A DNA stretch of 58,443 nt from an uncultured Lachnospiraceae bacterium (GCA_910577445.1 CAJTMZ010000007.1:1-58443); one strand, 5' to 3'; counted from the stretch's first letter, positions 9,589 to 18,722 are shown. Numbers and translations are program-made. Notes: generated from the sequence alone by a model not told the origin.

Positions 9589-10499
9589 ATGCCCAAAAAT
9601 AATTTACACAGCGCCCAGTCGGACGGCGGCTACACCGGTAAGCTGCAGATTGAGGTGACTTCCTCTCTTGGCCTGATTCCCGTAAAGGACGCTACCGTGA
9701 CGATTTCCTACACGGGCGTGCCTGATGTTACCATTGAAAAAATCACAACCGATTCCTCCGGACAGACGGAAAAAATCGATTTGCCGGCTCCGCCCCCCGA
9801 ATACAGCCTGACGCCGGTGGAACAGCAGCCTTATTCGGAATACAACGTGCAGGTGGAAGCGCCCGGCTATGAACCCGTGATGGTTTCGGGAACGGAGATT
9901 CTTCCCGGCGTTACGGCCATGCAGCCGATACGGATGACTCCCGTGGAGGCCACAAGAGAGCAGGAAGAGGTGATTACCATACCCGACCACACGCTTTACG
10001 GGGAATATCCGCCCAAAATACCGGAGGACGAGATTAAACCGGTGGACGAGAGCGGGGAAATTGTCTTAAGCCGCGTGGTTATTCCTGAATACGTGGTCGT
10101 TCACGACGGCGTTCCGGATGATTACACCGCCAGGAATTATTATGTAAGATACAGGGATTACATCAAAAACGTGGTTTCCTCGGAAATATACGCCACCTGG
10201 CCGGACAGTACAATCTATGCCAATACGCTGGTGATTATGTCATTTACCCTAAACCGGGTATATACGGAATGGTACCGGAACAAGGGCTATAATTTTACCA
10301 TAACCTCCTCCACCGCCTATGACCAGAAATGGATGCCGGGCAGAAATTATTATGAAAATATCGACAGGGTGGTGGACAGCGTGTTTGCCAATTACCTCTC
10401 CCGCCCGGGGGTGCGGCAGCCCATCTTTACCGCCTACTGCGACGGACGGCGGGTGAGCTGCGACGGCTTAAGCCAGTGGGGCTCTAAATATCTCGGGGA
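9589..10499 (+). CDS. sleC: 5' part of an interrupted spore cortex-lytic enzyme gene (SleC-like, SpoIID/LytB catalytic domain). As integrated, the ORF runs into the element and stops at 10536
   Basis: VVIPEYVVVHDG, YIKNVVSSEIYATWP, SFTLNRVYTEWYRNKGY and YCDG...LSQWGSKYLG match clostridial SleC; similarity ends abruptly at the GGGGA repeat. Confidence 0.88.
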
Positions 10500-10522
10500 T
10501 GGCTGTGACATAATAGGACTAA
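10495..10522 (+). repeat. attL: GGGGA core (10495-10499) plus element arm ending GGACTAA (10516-10522)
   Basis: Direct repeat with 18718-18722; arm is the inverted complement of TTAGTCC at 18698-18704. Confidence 0.85.
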
Positions 10523-10592
10523 TGGCCGCTTTTTGAGCGTAAATTTGTTAAGAGAAAAATAAACGGCAAGAGCTGAAAGAAGGGGAGGAAAA

Positions 10593-12179
10593 ATGGAGCC
10601 GGCGGAGAATGATAAAAGATGGCATACATGCGGTTACGTGCGTTTATCCTGCGAGGACGGCGACGGGCGGGAGAGCAACAGCGTCACAGGACAGAAGAAC
10701 CTGATTCGGGATTACATAAGCCGACGCCCGGAGTTTATAGAGTGCGGCATGAAAGTGGACGACGGTTTTTCGGGTTCCGATTTTGAAAGACCTGCTTTCC
10801 GTGAGATGATGGAGGAGGTAAAAGCCGGAAAGATTAACTGTATCGTGGTGAAAGACCTGTCCCGCTTTGGCAGAAACTATCTGGACGCCGGGGAATACAT
10901 AGAGAGGATATTTCCTTTTCTCGGCGTGCGGTTCATTGCCGTCAACGACAATTACGACAGCCTGAACGACAGAGGGGAGATGGAGAGTTTCCTGATTCCC
11001 TTTAAAAACCTAATCAACGATGCGTACTGCCGGGATATTTCCGTGAAAATAAAAAGCCAGCTTGCCGTCAAACGAAAGAGGGGAGACTTTGTGGGGGCCT
11101 TTGCGGTTTACGGCTACAAAAAGGATTCGGATAATAAAAACCGCCTGGTAAGGGACGATTTTGCCGCCGGGGTAGTGCGGGATATTTTTCGCCTGAAGCT
11201 GGAAGGCGTCAGCGCCGGAGACATTGCGGACCGGTTAAACGAAGAGGGCGTGCTCTCTCCCATGGCCTATAAAAAGGCGGAGGGGCTGCGGTATGCCACG
11301 CCGTTTTCACCGGACGGGGAAGGCTTGTGGACTGCTTCCGCGGTTTTGCGGATACTGAAAAATCCGGTCTACACGGGGGTTCTTGCGCAGGGGAAAACCA
11401 CCGCGGTCAGTTTCAGGGTAAAGCGGCGTGTGGAAAAACCCGGCGCGGAATGGGACGTGGCAAAAAACGCCCATGAAGCCGTCATAAGCGGGGAGGATTT
11501 TGAGGTTGTACAAAAGCTTCTCGCAAGGGATACCCGCACCAGTCCCGGCGGAAAAAAAACGGAGCTTTTTTCCGGCATGGTTTTCTGCGGGGAGTGCGGC
11601 GGTCCCATGGTGAGGAAAACGGTTCCGGCGAAAAACAGGAAATATGTTTATTATGTCTGCGGAACCCATAAAAACGAAAAAACCTGCTTTTCCCACAGTA
11701 TACCTGCGGGCGCTTTGGCGGACATCGTCCTTTTCTCTTTGCAGGGGCAGATACGGATGCAGGGCTTTCGGGATAAGGGCAGCCCGGCCGGCCTTGCAGT
11801 GGAAGCGGCCTGGCAAAAAAACGGCGAAAACAGGCTAAAGGCGCATTTGGAGAGAAGGCAGGCGGAAGCGGAAAAGTGCCGGCTGGTTCTGGACTCCCTT
11901 TCCGTGAACCTTGCGAAAGGGGTGATTGACAGGGCGGAATATGAGGAACTTAAAAAAGGCTTTCGGATAAAGCTGTTGGCGGCGGAGCATAAGATAAGCG
12001 AAATCCGGGAGAAGATGGGCCGGGCCGCAAAGGAGGATAAAGGCGTCATAAGGCGGTGGGAGCAGTTTGAAAAGTATGGGAATGTGACAAAGCTCGACAG
12101 GGCCATGACGGCGTTTATGATAGACGGAATTTTTATCCGAAGGAATAAAAGAGTGGAGATTGTTTATAACTGGCGATAG
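10593..12179 (+). CDS. Large serine recombinase 1 (full length: resolvase, recombinase, Zn ribbon, coiled coil)
   Basis: YVRLS catalytic motif, DDGFSGSDFERP, VKDLSRFGRNY, CGECG...YYVC...C. Confidence 0.93.
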   Translation: MEPAENDKRWHTCGYVRLSCEDGDGRESNSVTGQKNLIRDYISRRPEFIECGMKVDDGFSGSDFERPAFREMMEEVKAGKINCIVVKDLSRFGRNYLDAGEYIERIFPFLGVRFIAVNDNYDSLNDRGEMESFLIPFKNLINDAYCRDISVKIKSQLAVKRKRGDFVGAFAVYGYKKDSDNKNRLVRDDFAAGVVRDIFRLKLEGVSAGDIADRLNEEGVLSPMAYKKAEGLRYATPFSPDGEGLWTASAVLRILKNPVYTGVLAQGKTTAVSFRVKRRVEKPGAEWDVAKNAHEAVISGEDFEVVQKLLARDTRTSPGGKKTELFSGMVFCGECGGPMVRKTVPAKNRKYVYYVCGTHKNEKTCFSHSIPAGALADIVLFSLQGQIRMQGFRDKGSPAGLAVEAAWQKNGENRLKAHLERRQAEAEKCRLVLDSLSVNLAKGVIDRAEYEELKKGFRIKLLAAEHKISEIREKMGRAAKEDKGVIRRWEQFEKYGNVTKLDRAMTAFMIDGIFIRRNKRVEIVYNWR

Positions 12180-12339
12180 GAAGGCGGTATTTATGACGTT
12201 TTCATATGACAATAGTTATGAAAAATTCTGGACGGCAAAGCCTGTAAAATGATAAAATAGAAAATACAGGAAAAACGCGCGCAAGCAGTGCGGACGCGCA
12301 AAACACACGCGCGGATATGGGGAAAAGGAGGAATTTGAA

Positions 12340-13905
12340 ATGGTGAATACGTTTCGCTATGACGACGTGCCGGTGCTTGAAACAACCGGCGGAAAACTGA
12401 AAGGGTATTTTTATAACGGGGAATACATTTTTAAGGGCGTTCCCTATGCGGAGGCGGACAGGTTCCAGATGCCCAGAGAGGCAAAATGGGAGGGTGTGAA
12501 GGAGGCATGCTCCTACGGTTTCGTCTGCCCTCTTATGGAAGTGGATACGCCGGGGGCGGAGCTGATGGTGCCGCACCGCTACTGGCCTCAGGACGAGCAC
12601 TGCCAGAGCCTGAACATCTGGACCAAAGAGATTGGCGGCGGGAAAAAAATGCCTGTTATGGTATGGCTCCACGGGGGCGGGTACTTTGCCGGTTCCTCCA
12701 TAGAACAGGCGGCTTACGACGGGTTTAATATGTGCATGAACGGCGACGTGGTGGTGGTTTCCATCAATCACCGTCTGAATATTTTAGGCTACCTTGACCT
12801 GTCACCGTTTGGCAGTAAATATAAAAACTCGGGCAATGCGGGACACGCGGATATGGTTGCCGCGCTGAAGTGGGTGCATGACAACATCGCCCTGTTTGGC
12901 GGCGACCCTGACAACGTAACGATTTTCGGGCAGTCAGGCGGCGGCATGAAGGTTGCGGATTTAATGCAGATTGAGGAGGCGGACGGTCTTTTCCACAAAG
13001 GGCTGATTATGAGCGGAGTAGGCGACGACACCCTTTTACCTTCCTGTACGGGAGACGGCAGGGAGATTGTCACGGAATTATTGAAAGAGCTTGGCATTTC
13101 AGAGGACGAGGTGGAAAAGCTGGAGACCATTCCCTATTATGAGCTTGTAAAGGCGTACAAAAAGGTAAGTCCGGCGATTGCGGCAAAGGGAGGCTATATC
13201 GGTGGAAATCCTCTGGCCAATGAGTATTACAGGGGAAATCCCATCGGCTATGGATTCAGGGACCATGCTTTTGACATTCCTCTGATGGTGGGAAGCGTAT
13301 TCGGGGAGTTTTCCTTCAAAGCGGCTTCCTACGATAAAAATAAACTGACTGAGGAACAGTTAAAGGAAGTGATATCCGCCGTGTACGGGGAACACACGGA
13401 CGAAATAACGGAGGTATTCAAGGAAGCTTATCCCGGAAAGAGCCCGGCAGATTTGCTTTTGGTTGACCGTGTGATGCGTCAGCCCTCAAAGCAGCTTGCC
13501 AGAATGCACGCCGAGGGGAAAAAGGCGGCGGTTTACCTGTATGATTTTACGCTGGAATTTCCGATATACCACAATAAAATCGCATGGCACTGCTCGGATA
13601 TCCCCTTCTTTTTCCATAATACGGAGCTGGTAGAGGTATGTCAGATTCCCGAGGTGAGAGAGAGACTGGAAAAACAGATGTTCGAAGCTTTTATGGCTTT
13701 TGCAAGGACAGGAAAGCCGGAATGTGAAAATCTGCCCAAGTGGGAAGCGGTGACGCCAGAGGTAGAGCCGACTATGATTTTCGACAGAGAATGCGAGCTG
13801 AGATATAATTTTGACGATAAACTGTACGAAAAGATTGACAGTTTTCTCCCGCCCTTTAATTTTATGGAAATGATGGCAAGCGGGGACGAGAAGATACAGC
13901 ATTAA
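12340..13905 (+). CDS. Type-B carboxylesterase (element cargo)
   Basis: FKGVPYA, PVMVWLHGGG, FGGDPDNVTIFGQSGGG nucleophile elbow, AWHCSDIPFFF. Confidence 0.92.
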   Translation: MVNTFRYDDVPVLETTGGKLKGYFYNGEYIFKGVPYAEADRFQMPREAKWEGVKEACSYGFVCPLMEVDTPGAELMVPHRYWPQDEHCQSLNIWTKEIGGGKKMPVMVWLHGGGYFAGSSIEQAAYDGFNMCMNGDVVVVSINHRLNILGYLDLSPFGSKYKNSGNAGHADMVAALKWVHDNIALFGGDPDNVTIFGQSGGGMKVADLMQIEEADGLFHKGLIMSGVGDDTLLPSCTGDGREIVTELLKELGISEDEVEKLETIPYYELVKAYKKVSPAIAAKGGYIGGNPLANEYYRGNPIGYGFRDHAFDIPLMVGSVFGEFSFKAASYDKNKLTEEQLKEVISAVYGEHTDEITEVFKEAYPGKSPADLLLVDRVMRQPSKQLARMHAEGKKAAVYLYDFTLEFPIYHNKIAWHCSDIPFFFHNTELVEVCQIPEVRERLEKQMFEAFMAFARTGKPECENLPKWEAVTPEVEPTMIFDRECELRYNFDDKLYEKIDSFLPPFNFMEMMASGDEKIQH

Positions 13906-13998
13906 AAACGAAATTATTTTACCAAAGTCTAAAATCAGGCAATACCATTTTGAATGAAGAAAGTAAAATGTGAAAAAGCAACAGAAACGGGGGAAAAT

Positions 13999-16299
13999 AT
14001 GGAAAGAGACATCAAAAAAATAATTTCCGAAATGACACTGGAGGAAAAAGCCGGTATGTGTTCCGGCGAGGATTTCTGGCGCCTGAAACAGGTGGAACGT
14101 CTTGGTATCCCGGCGGTAATGGTATCCGACGGACCGCACGGACTGCGCAAGCAGCCGGAAAACGCCGACCATCTCGGAATCGGGGAAAGCATTGTGGCGG
14201 TCTGCTTCCCGGCAGCCTGCGCCACGGCTTCCAGCTTTGATACGGAACTGATGAACGAGATGGGAAAAATACTGGGAGAGGAGTGTCAGGCGGAGGACTT
14301 AAGCGTGCTCCTGGGACCGGCGGTCAATATCAAGAGAAGCCCTCTGTGTGGCCGTAACTTCGAGTATTTGTCTGAGGACCCGTATCTCGCGGGAAAAATG
14401 GCCGCCGCCTACATTAAGGGTGTGCAGAGCTGGGACGTGGGAACCAGTATGAAGCACTATGCGGCAAACAATCAGGAATATAACCGTATGAGCTGCTCTT
14501 CCAACCTGTCGGAGCGGACTTTCCGGGAGATTTATCTTCCCGCTTTTGAGACGGCGGTAAAGGAAGCGCAGCCTAAGACAATTATGTGCAGCTACAACAA
14601 AATCAATGGAACCTATGCTTCCGAGAACCACCACCTTCTGACAAAAATCTTAAGGGACGAGTGGGGGTTTGAAGGCTATGTGATGACCGACTGGGGCGCT
14701 GTGGCGGACCGCGTGAAGGGAATCAGGGCGGGACTTGATTTGGAGATGCCCGGCAGCGGCGGCTTCAACGACGCCAAAATTGTTGCGGCAGTGAAGGACG
14801 GAAGCCTTGACGAGGCCCTGCTGGACAAGGCGGTGGAGAATATTTTAAAGGTGGTATTTTCCTATGCGGACAATCGTCGTCCGGAAGCCGTGTTCGACAG
14901 GGACGTCGACCATGAGAAAGCGGTAAATATCGAGACGGAGTGCGCGGTCCTTCTGGAAAACAACGGCGTGCTTCCCTTAAAAGGGGATAAAAAAGTGGTA
15001 TACATCGGCGAATATGCCGAAAAACCCCGCTATCAGGGCGGCGGTTCCAGCCATATCAACGCCAGTAAGGTAACCTCGGCTTTAGAGAGCGCAAAGGAAA
15101 AAGGCAGAACCGTATCCTACCTAAAGGGATTCCCGGCCGATAAAGACGAGGAGAACGAGGCGGAGCTTTCGGCAGCGGTTTCGGCGGCGCGGGAAGCGGA
15201 TGTGGCAATAATTTTTGCGGGGCTTCCGGACGTGATTGAGTCCGAGGGATATGACCGGAAAGATATGAAGCTTCCGGCATGTCAGAACAAGCTGATTGAG
15301 GAAGTTCTGAAGGTACAGAAAAACACGGTTGTGGTACTGCATAACGGAAGCCCGGTGGAAGCGCCCTGGGCGGACGACGCGGCGGCGGTTCTGGAAATGT
15401 ACCTGGGAGGCCAGGGCGTAGGCGAGGCTGCGGACCGTCTCCTTTACGGCGAGGCAAACCCCTGCGGGCGTCTAGCGGAAACATTCCCCTTCCATCTGGA
15501 AGATAATCCCAGCTATCTGAATTTCCCCGGCGACGGAAGAGTCGTGGACTACGCGGAGGGCGTTTACGTGGGCTACCGCTATTATGACACGAAAAAAATG
15601 CCGGTACGCTGGGCTTTCGGGCACGGACTGTCCTACACTTCATTTTCGTACGGCAATCTGCAGATGCCGGAGGAAACGCTGGGAGATACGGGCAGCGTAA
15701 AGGTATCTGTGGACGTGACAAATACCGGCGCTGTGGCGGGCAAAGAGGTGGTGCAGCTTTATGTCAGCGACAAAAACGGTACGTCGGGAAGACCGGTAAA
15801 AGAGCTGAAAGGTTTTGCCAAGACAGCGCTTGCGCCGGGTGAGACAAAGACGGTGGAATTTACCTTAAACGCAAGGGATTTGTCTTTTTACCATGAAGGA
15901 CTTGGCGACTGGTATGCGCCCTCGGGAACCTATGAGATTCTGATAGGGCACGCCAGCGACGAGATTTCCCTGAAAGGCGAGCTCTCCTTCAGGACCGGAA
16001 AACAGCTTCCTCTTCATGTGAGCGGCTCCACGACTGTGGGAGAACTTTTAGCGCATCCCGTAACCGCTCCGATTGTGGGAGAGATGATGAAGGCAATGCA
16101 GGCGAAGATGGCGGGCATGATGGGCGACGGCGCTGAGGAAGCCGCAAATGCCCTTGGCACAGGCGCGGAGATGATGGAGGCAATGGTGATGGGAATGCCG
16201 CTGAAATCCCTGGCAAGTTTCGCAGGCGCGGAGCTGGCGGCGCAGATTGAGCAGATGATGCAATCTTTGAATCAGGCGCTTGGCAATGTGCAAAAATAA
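13999..16299 (+). CDS. GH3 beta-glucosidase/glycosidase with Fn3-like domain (element cargo)
   Basis: SDGPHGLRK, GRNFEYLSEDP, KHYAANNQE, VMTDWG nucleophile, ESEGYDR, GKEVVQLYV; likely start at 13999. Confidence 0.93.
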   Translation: MERDIKKIISEMTLEEKAGMCSGEDFWRLKQVERLGIPAVMVSDGPHGLRKQPENADHLGIGESIVAVCFPAACATASSFDTELMNEMGKILGEECQAEDLSVLLGPAVNIKRSPLCGRNFEYLSEDPYLAGKMAAAYIKGVQSWDVGTSMKHYAANNQEYNRMSCSSNLSERTFREIYLPAFETAVKEAQPKTIMCSYNKINGTYASENHHLLTKILRDEWGFEGYVMTDWGAVADRVKGIRAGLDLEMPGSGGFNDAKIVAAVKDGSLDEALLDKAVENILKVVFSYADNRRPEAVFDRDVDHEKAVNIETECAVLLENNGVLPLKGDKKVVYIGEYAEKPRYQGGGSSHINASKVTSALESAKEKGRTVSYLKGFPADKDEENEAELSAAVSAAREADVAIIFAGLPDVIESEGYDRKDMKLPACQNKLIEEVLKVQKNTVVVLHNGSPVEAPWADDAAAVLEMYLGGQGVGEAADRLLYGEANPCGRLAETFPFHLEDNPSYLNFPGDGRVVDYAEGVYVGYRYYDTKKMPVRWAFGHGLSYTSFSYGNLQMPEETLGDTGSVKVSVDVTNTGAVAGKEVVQLYVSDKNGTSGRPVKELKGFAKTALAPGETKTVEFTLNARDLSFYHEGLGDWYAPSGTYEILIGHASDEISLKGELSFRTGKQLPLHVSGSTTVGELLAHPVTAPIVGEMMKAMQAKMAGMMGDGAEEAANALGTGAEMMEAMVMGMPLKSLASFAGAELAAQIEQMMQSLNQALGNVQK

Positions 16300-16364
16300 T
16301 ATAAAATGGTGGAATCCCAAAAGTTTGCGGCGGCTTCTGTCGTCAAAAAACAGAGGAGAAAACG

Positions 16365-16394
16365 GAATAATGACATGCCTCCGGCTCATAAGGT
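16365..16394 (+). promoter_or_regulatory. Putative sigE-type sporulation promoter for recombinases 2 and 3
   Basis: GAATAAT (16365-16371), 15-bp spacer, CATAAGGT (16387-16394). Confidence 0.45.
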
Positions 16395-16412
16395 GAGCCG
16401 GAGGTGTTTTTT
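16375..16412 (+). terminator. Intrinsic terminator after GH3 that sequesters the RBS of recombinase 2
   Basis: Perfect 11-bp stem CCTCCGGCTCA (16378-16388) / TGAGCCGGAGG (16394-16404), then T6 directly before the ATG at 16413. Confidence 0.8.
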
Positions 16413-17399
16413 ATGGCAAGAACGAAACGGAAAGTCAATCCCTTATCCCCGGCCCCTGAAAAACAGAAGGAGCAAAGAATTTACCGTGCCGGAGGCTATG
16501 CGCGCCTTTCGGTGGAAGACGGCGGGAGAGCGGGGGCGGACACGCTTCAAAATCAGGAGGAATTGATTTTTCAATATATAAAAGCGCAGCCGGACATGGC
16601 GTTTGCGGGAATGTACAGCGACAACGGACAAAGCGGTACGGATTTTCGCCGTCCCGGGTTTGAACGACTTCTGAGCGATGCAAAAAGTGGGAAGATTGAC
16701 TGTATTGTGGTAAAAGATTTGTCCCGCTTTGGCAGGAATTATCTGGAAACCGGAAATTATCTGGAAAGGCTGTTTCCGCTTTTGGGCGTGCGCTTTGTGG
16801 CGGTTGCAGAGGGCTTCGATTCCCTGACGGCGGGCGGGGACGAGGGGGACTGTCTCATTCCCCTGAAAAATATGATGAACGAATTTTACAGCCGGGATAT
16901 TTCCCGGAAAATCGGCTCCGCACTTGCCCTCAGACAAAAAAGGGGCGAGTTTATCGGAACATGGGCGCCCTATGGCTACAGGAAACGCGCAGACAATCCC
17001 CGCCGCATTGAACCCGACCCTGAAACTTCGCAGGTGGTCCGGGAGATATTTGACCGGTGCCTTTTGGGAGCGCCGTACCGGCAGATAGCGGAAAACCTGA
17101 ACCGGCAGAATATTCCGTCGCCCGCTAAGTACCATTACCTGAAAGGGGAAGCAAAAGCGGCACGCTATGAAAATGCCGTTTGGAAACCGCCAATCATAAA
17201 GCGGATTCTTTCCGGCGAGGTTTATCTGGGACATATGGTACAGGGATGTAAAAGGAAGTCTTTTTACGAGGGGAAGGGACAGAGGCGGGTTCCGAGGCAG
17301 GAATGGATTATTGTACGCAATACCCATGAGGCAATCATTCCCAACGACCTGTTTGAAAAGGTGCAGAAAATCATGGAAGAAAAGCGCCAATACCGGTAA
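16413..17399 (+). CDS. Serine recombinase 2, C-terminally short (no Zn ribbon or coiled coil)
   Basis: MARTKRK start after GGAGGTG; YARLS, DNGQSGTDFRRP, VKDLSRFGRNY; ends just after THEAII...FEKVQ. Confidence 0.88.
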   Translation: MARTKRKVNPLSPAPEKQKEQRIYRAGGYARLSVEDGGRAGADTLQNQEELIFQYIKAQPDMAFAGMYSDNGQSGTDFRRPGFERLLSDAKSGKIDCIVVKDLSRFGRNYLETGNYLERLFPLLGVRFVAVAEGFDSLTAGGDEGDCLIPLKNMMNEFYSRDISRKIGSALALRQKRGEFIGTWAPYGYRKRADNPRRIEPDPETSQVVREIFDRCLLGAPYRQIAENLNRQNIPSPAKYHYLKGEAKAARYENAVWKPPIIKRILSGEVYLGHMVQGCKRKSFYEGKGQRRVPRQEWIIVRNTHEAIIPNDLFEKVQKIMEEKRQYR

Positions 17400-17444
17400 C
17401 TCGCCGCATAAAATGCTCTAAGAGATTTACACAAGGACGGTTAA

Positions 17445-18701
17445 ATGAAGATTGCAATGTATCTGCGCCTTTCCGAAGAAGACAGGGATATGGCAAAAAG
17501 CAAAAAAAAGGAATCGGACAGCATCAGCAGCCAGCGGAATCTGATTTTGGATTTTATCGGCCGGAATGTGGAGCTGCAAAAGGCGGAAATTCTGGAATTT
17601 AGCGACGACGGGTTCAGTGGGAAAAATTTTGAGCGTCCCGGGATTGAGAGAATGCTCCGGATGGCGAAGCAGGGGGATATTCAGTGCATTGTGGTAAAGG
17701 ATTTATCCCGGTTTGGCAGGGACTACCTGACAGCGGGGAACTATATTTCCCGTATCTTCCCGTTTATGGGAGTGCGTTTTATTTCCGTAAACGACGGCTT
17801 CGACAGCGCCTGTAGGCAGGATACGGAAAGTCTGGATGCGGCCTTTAAAATGCTGCTGCACGACCTTTACAGCCGGGATTTGTCCCGTAAGGTGCGAAGC
17901 GCCCAGTATTTGAGAGCAGAGCGGGGGGAGTTTCTCTCCTCTTTCGCCCCTTTCGGGTATGTGAGAGATGAAAAGGACAGAAAAAAACTGGCGGTTGATA
18001 CTGCGGCGGCGGAAATTGTGCGCCGTATTTTCCGTCTGGCCCTTGACGGCGTCGGCACGGCGCGGATTGCCGGAATCTTAAACAGGGAGGAAGTCCCAAC
18101 GCCGATGGCTTATAAGCGGGCGGCGGGATGTACCCGTAAGCGCTGGGGCCGGTCCGGGGAGACCAATTTCTGGACCCCCGGTACGGTGGGCAGGATTCTG
18201 CGGGACGAGCGCTATATTGGCAGTAGTATCTATGGAAAGAAAAGGCGGGAAAGGACGGGGGACAGCCGGGAAAAGGAGGTTCCGAAAGAGGAATGGATTG
18301 TTGTGGAAAATACCCACGAGGGGCTTGTGACGAAGGAAGCGTTTGACGCGGTACAAAAGAAAATCCAAAGAACGGCAAGGCGGCCGGGCGGAAATTCTGG
18401 GATTTGCGCGCACGCGGGCCGAAATTCGGAAAAGGACCGGTGCGGCATATGGGAAGAGGCTGGCCGGATACGGGAGGAAAAGAACCGTCCGCAGGGTACA
18501 GATTCCCCGGATAATGGGAAAAGGGCGGTGAGATTAAAGAAAAGTTTAAGAGATGCGGAAAGCAGGCTGCAGGCTCTCTACGGGCAGTTCGTTCTGGGAG
18601 AGATTACAAAAAAAGAGTATCTTGCGGGAAAGGAGGCCGTCCTTAGAAAAAAAGAGGTTCTCACCCGGCAGCTTGCGGAATGGACGAATCTTGTTATTTA
18701 G
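17445..18701 (+). CDS. Serine recombinase 3 (Zn ribbon absent or degenerate); stop codon lies inside the attR arm
   Basis: YLRLS, DDGFSGKNFERP, VKDLSRFGRDY; no CxxC after THEGLV...FDAVQ; remnant coiled coil LYGQFVLGEITKKEY. Confidence 0.88.
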   Translation: MKIAMYLRLSEEDRDMAKSKKKESDSISSQRNLILDFIGRNVELQKAEILEFSDDGFSGKNFERPGIERMLRMAKQGDIQCIVVKDLSRFGRDYLTAGNYISRIFPFMGVRFISVNDGFDSACRQDTESLDAAFKMLLHDLYSRDLSRKVRSAQYLRAERGEFLSSFAPFGYVRDEKDRKKLAVDTAAAEIVRRIFRLALDGVGTARIAGILNREEVPTPMAYKRAAGCTRKRWGRSGETNFWTPGTVGRILRDERYIGSSIYGKKRRERTGDSREKEVPKEEWIVVENTHEGLVTKEAFDAVQKKIQRTARRPGGNSGICAHAGRNSEKDRCGIWEEAGRIREEKNRPQGTDSPDNGKRAVRLKKSLRDAESRLQALYGQFVLGEITKKEYLAGKEAVLRKKEVLTRQLAEWTNLVI

Positions 18702-18722
18702 TCCCTGTATGGCAGCAGGGGA
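18698..18722 (+). repeat. attR: element arm TTAGTCC...TATG plus GGGGA core (18718-18722)
   Basis: Direct repeat with 10495-10499; inverted symmetry with 10500-10522. Confidence 0.85.

Larger units (their letters stand above)
10500..18722 (+). mobile_element. sleC-intervening element (8,223 bp) with three serine recombinases and esterase/GH3 cargo
   Basis: Flanked by GGGGA direct repeats and inverted arms; removal restores sleC in frame; no phage, relaxase, replication or conjugation ORFs. Confidence 0.9.

Noticed and set aside
10486..10516. Hybrid sigE-like promoter spanning attL (ATA-N18-CATAATAG)
   Set aside because: It lacks the conserved final T of the -10, and the CATA is already explained by att-site symmetry.
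9589..10536. 315-aa ORF as a complete gene or dead pseudogene
   Set aside because: The last residues (DGCDIIGLMAAF) are element-derived. Both halves are intact and rejoin in frame, so an interrupted gene fits better.
16443..17390. 315-aa antisense ORF and the many other overlapping shadow ORFs in the track
   Set aside because: They lie opposite or within well-supported genes, lack recognisable motifs and are expected at this GC content.
17407..17414. CATAAAAT as a separate sporulation promoter for recombinase 3
   Set aside because: The -10 matches CATAnnnT, but no sigE or sigK -35 lies at correct spacing; too weak to call.
10500..18722. Prophage, ICE or IS interpretation
   Set aside because: No structural, replication, relaxase, T4SS or DDE transposase genes are present.
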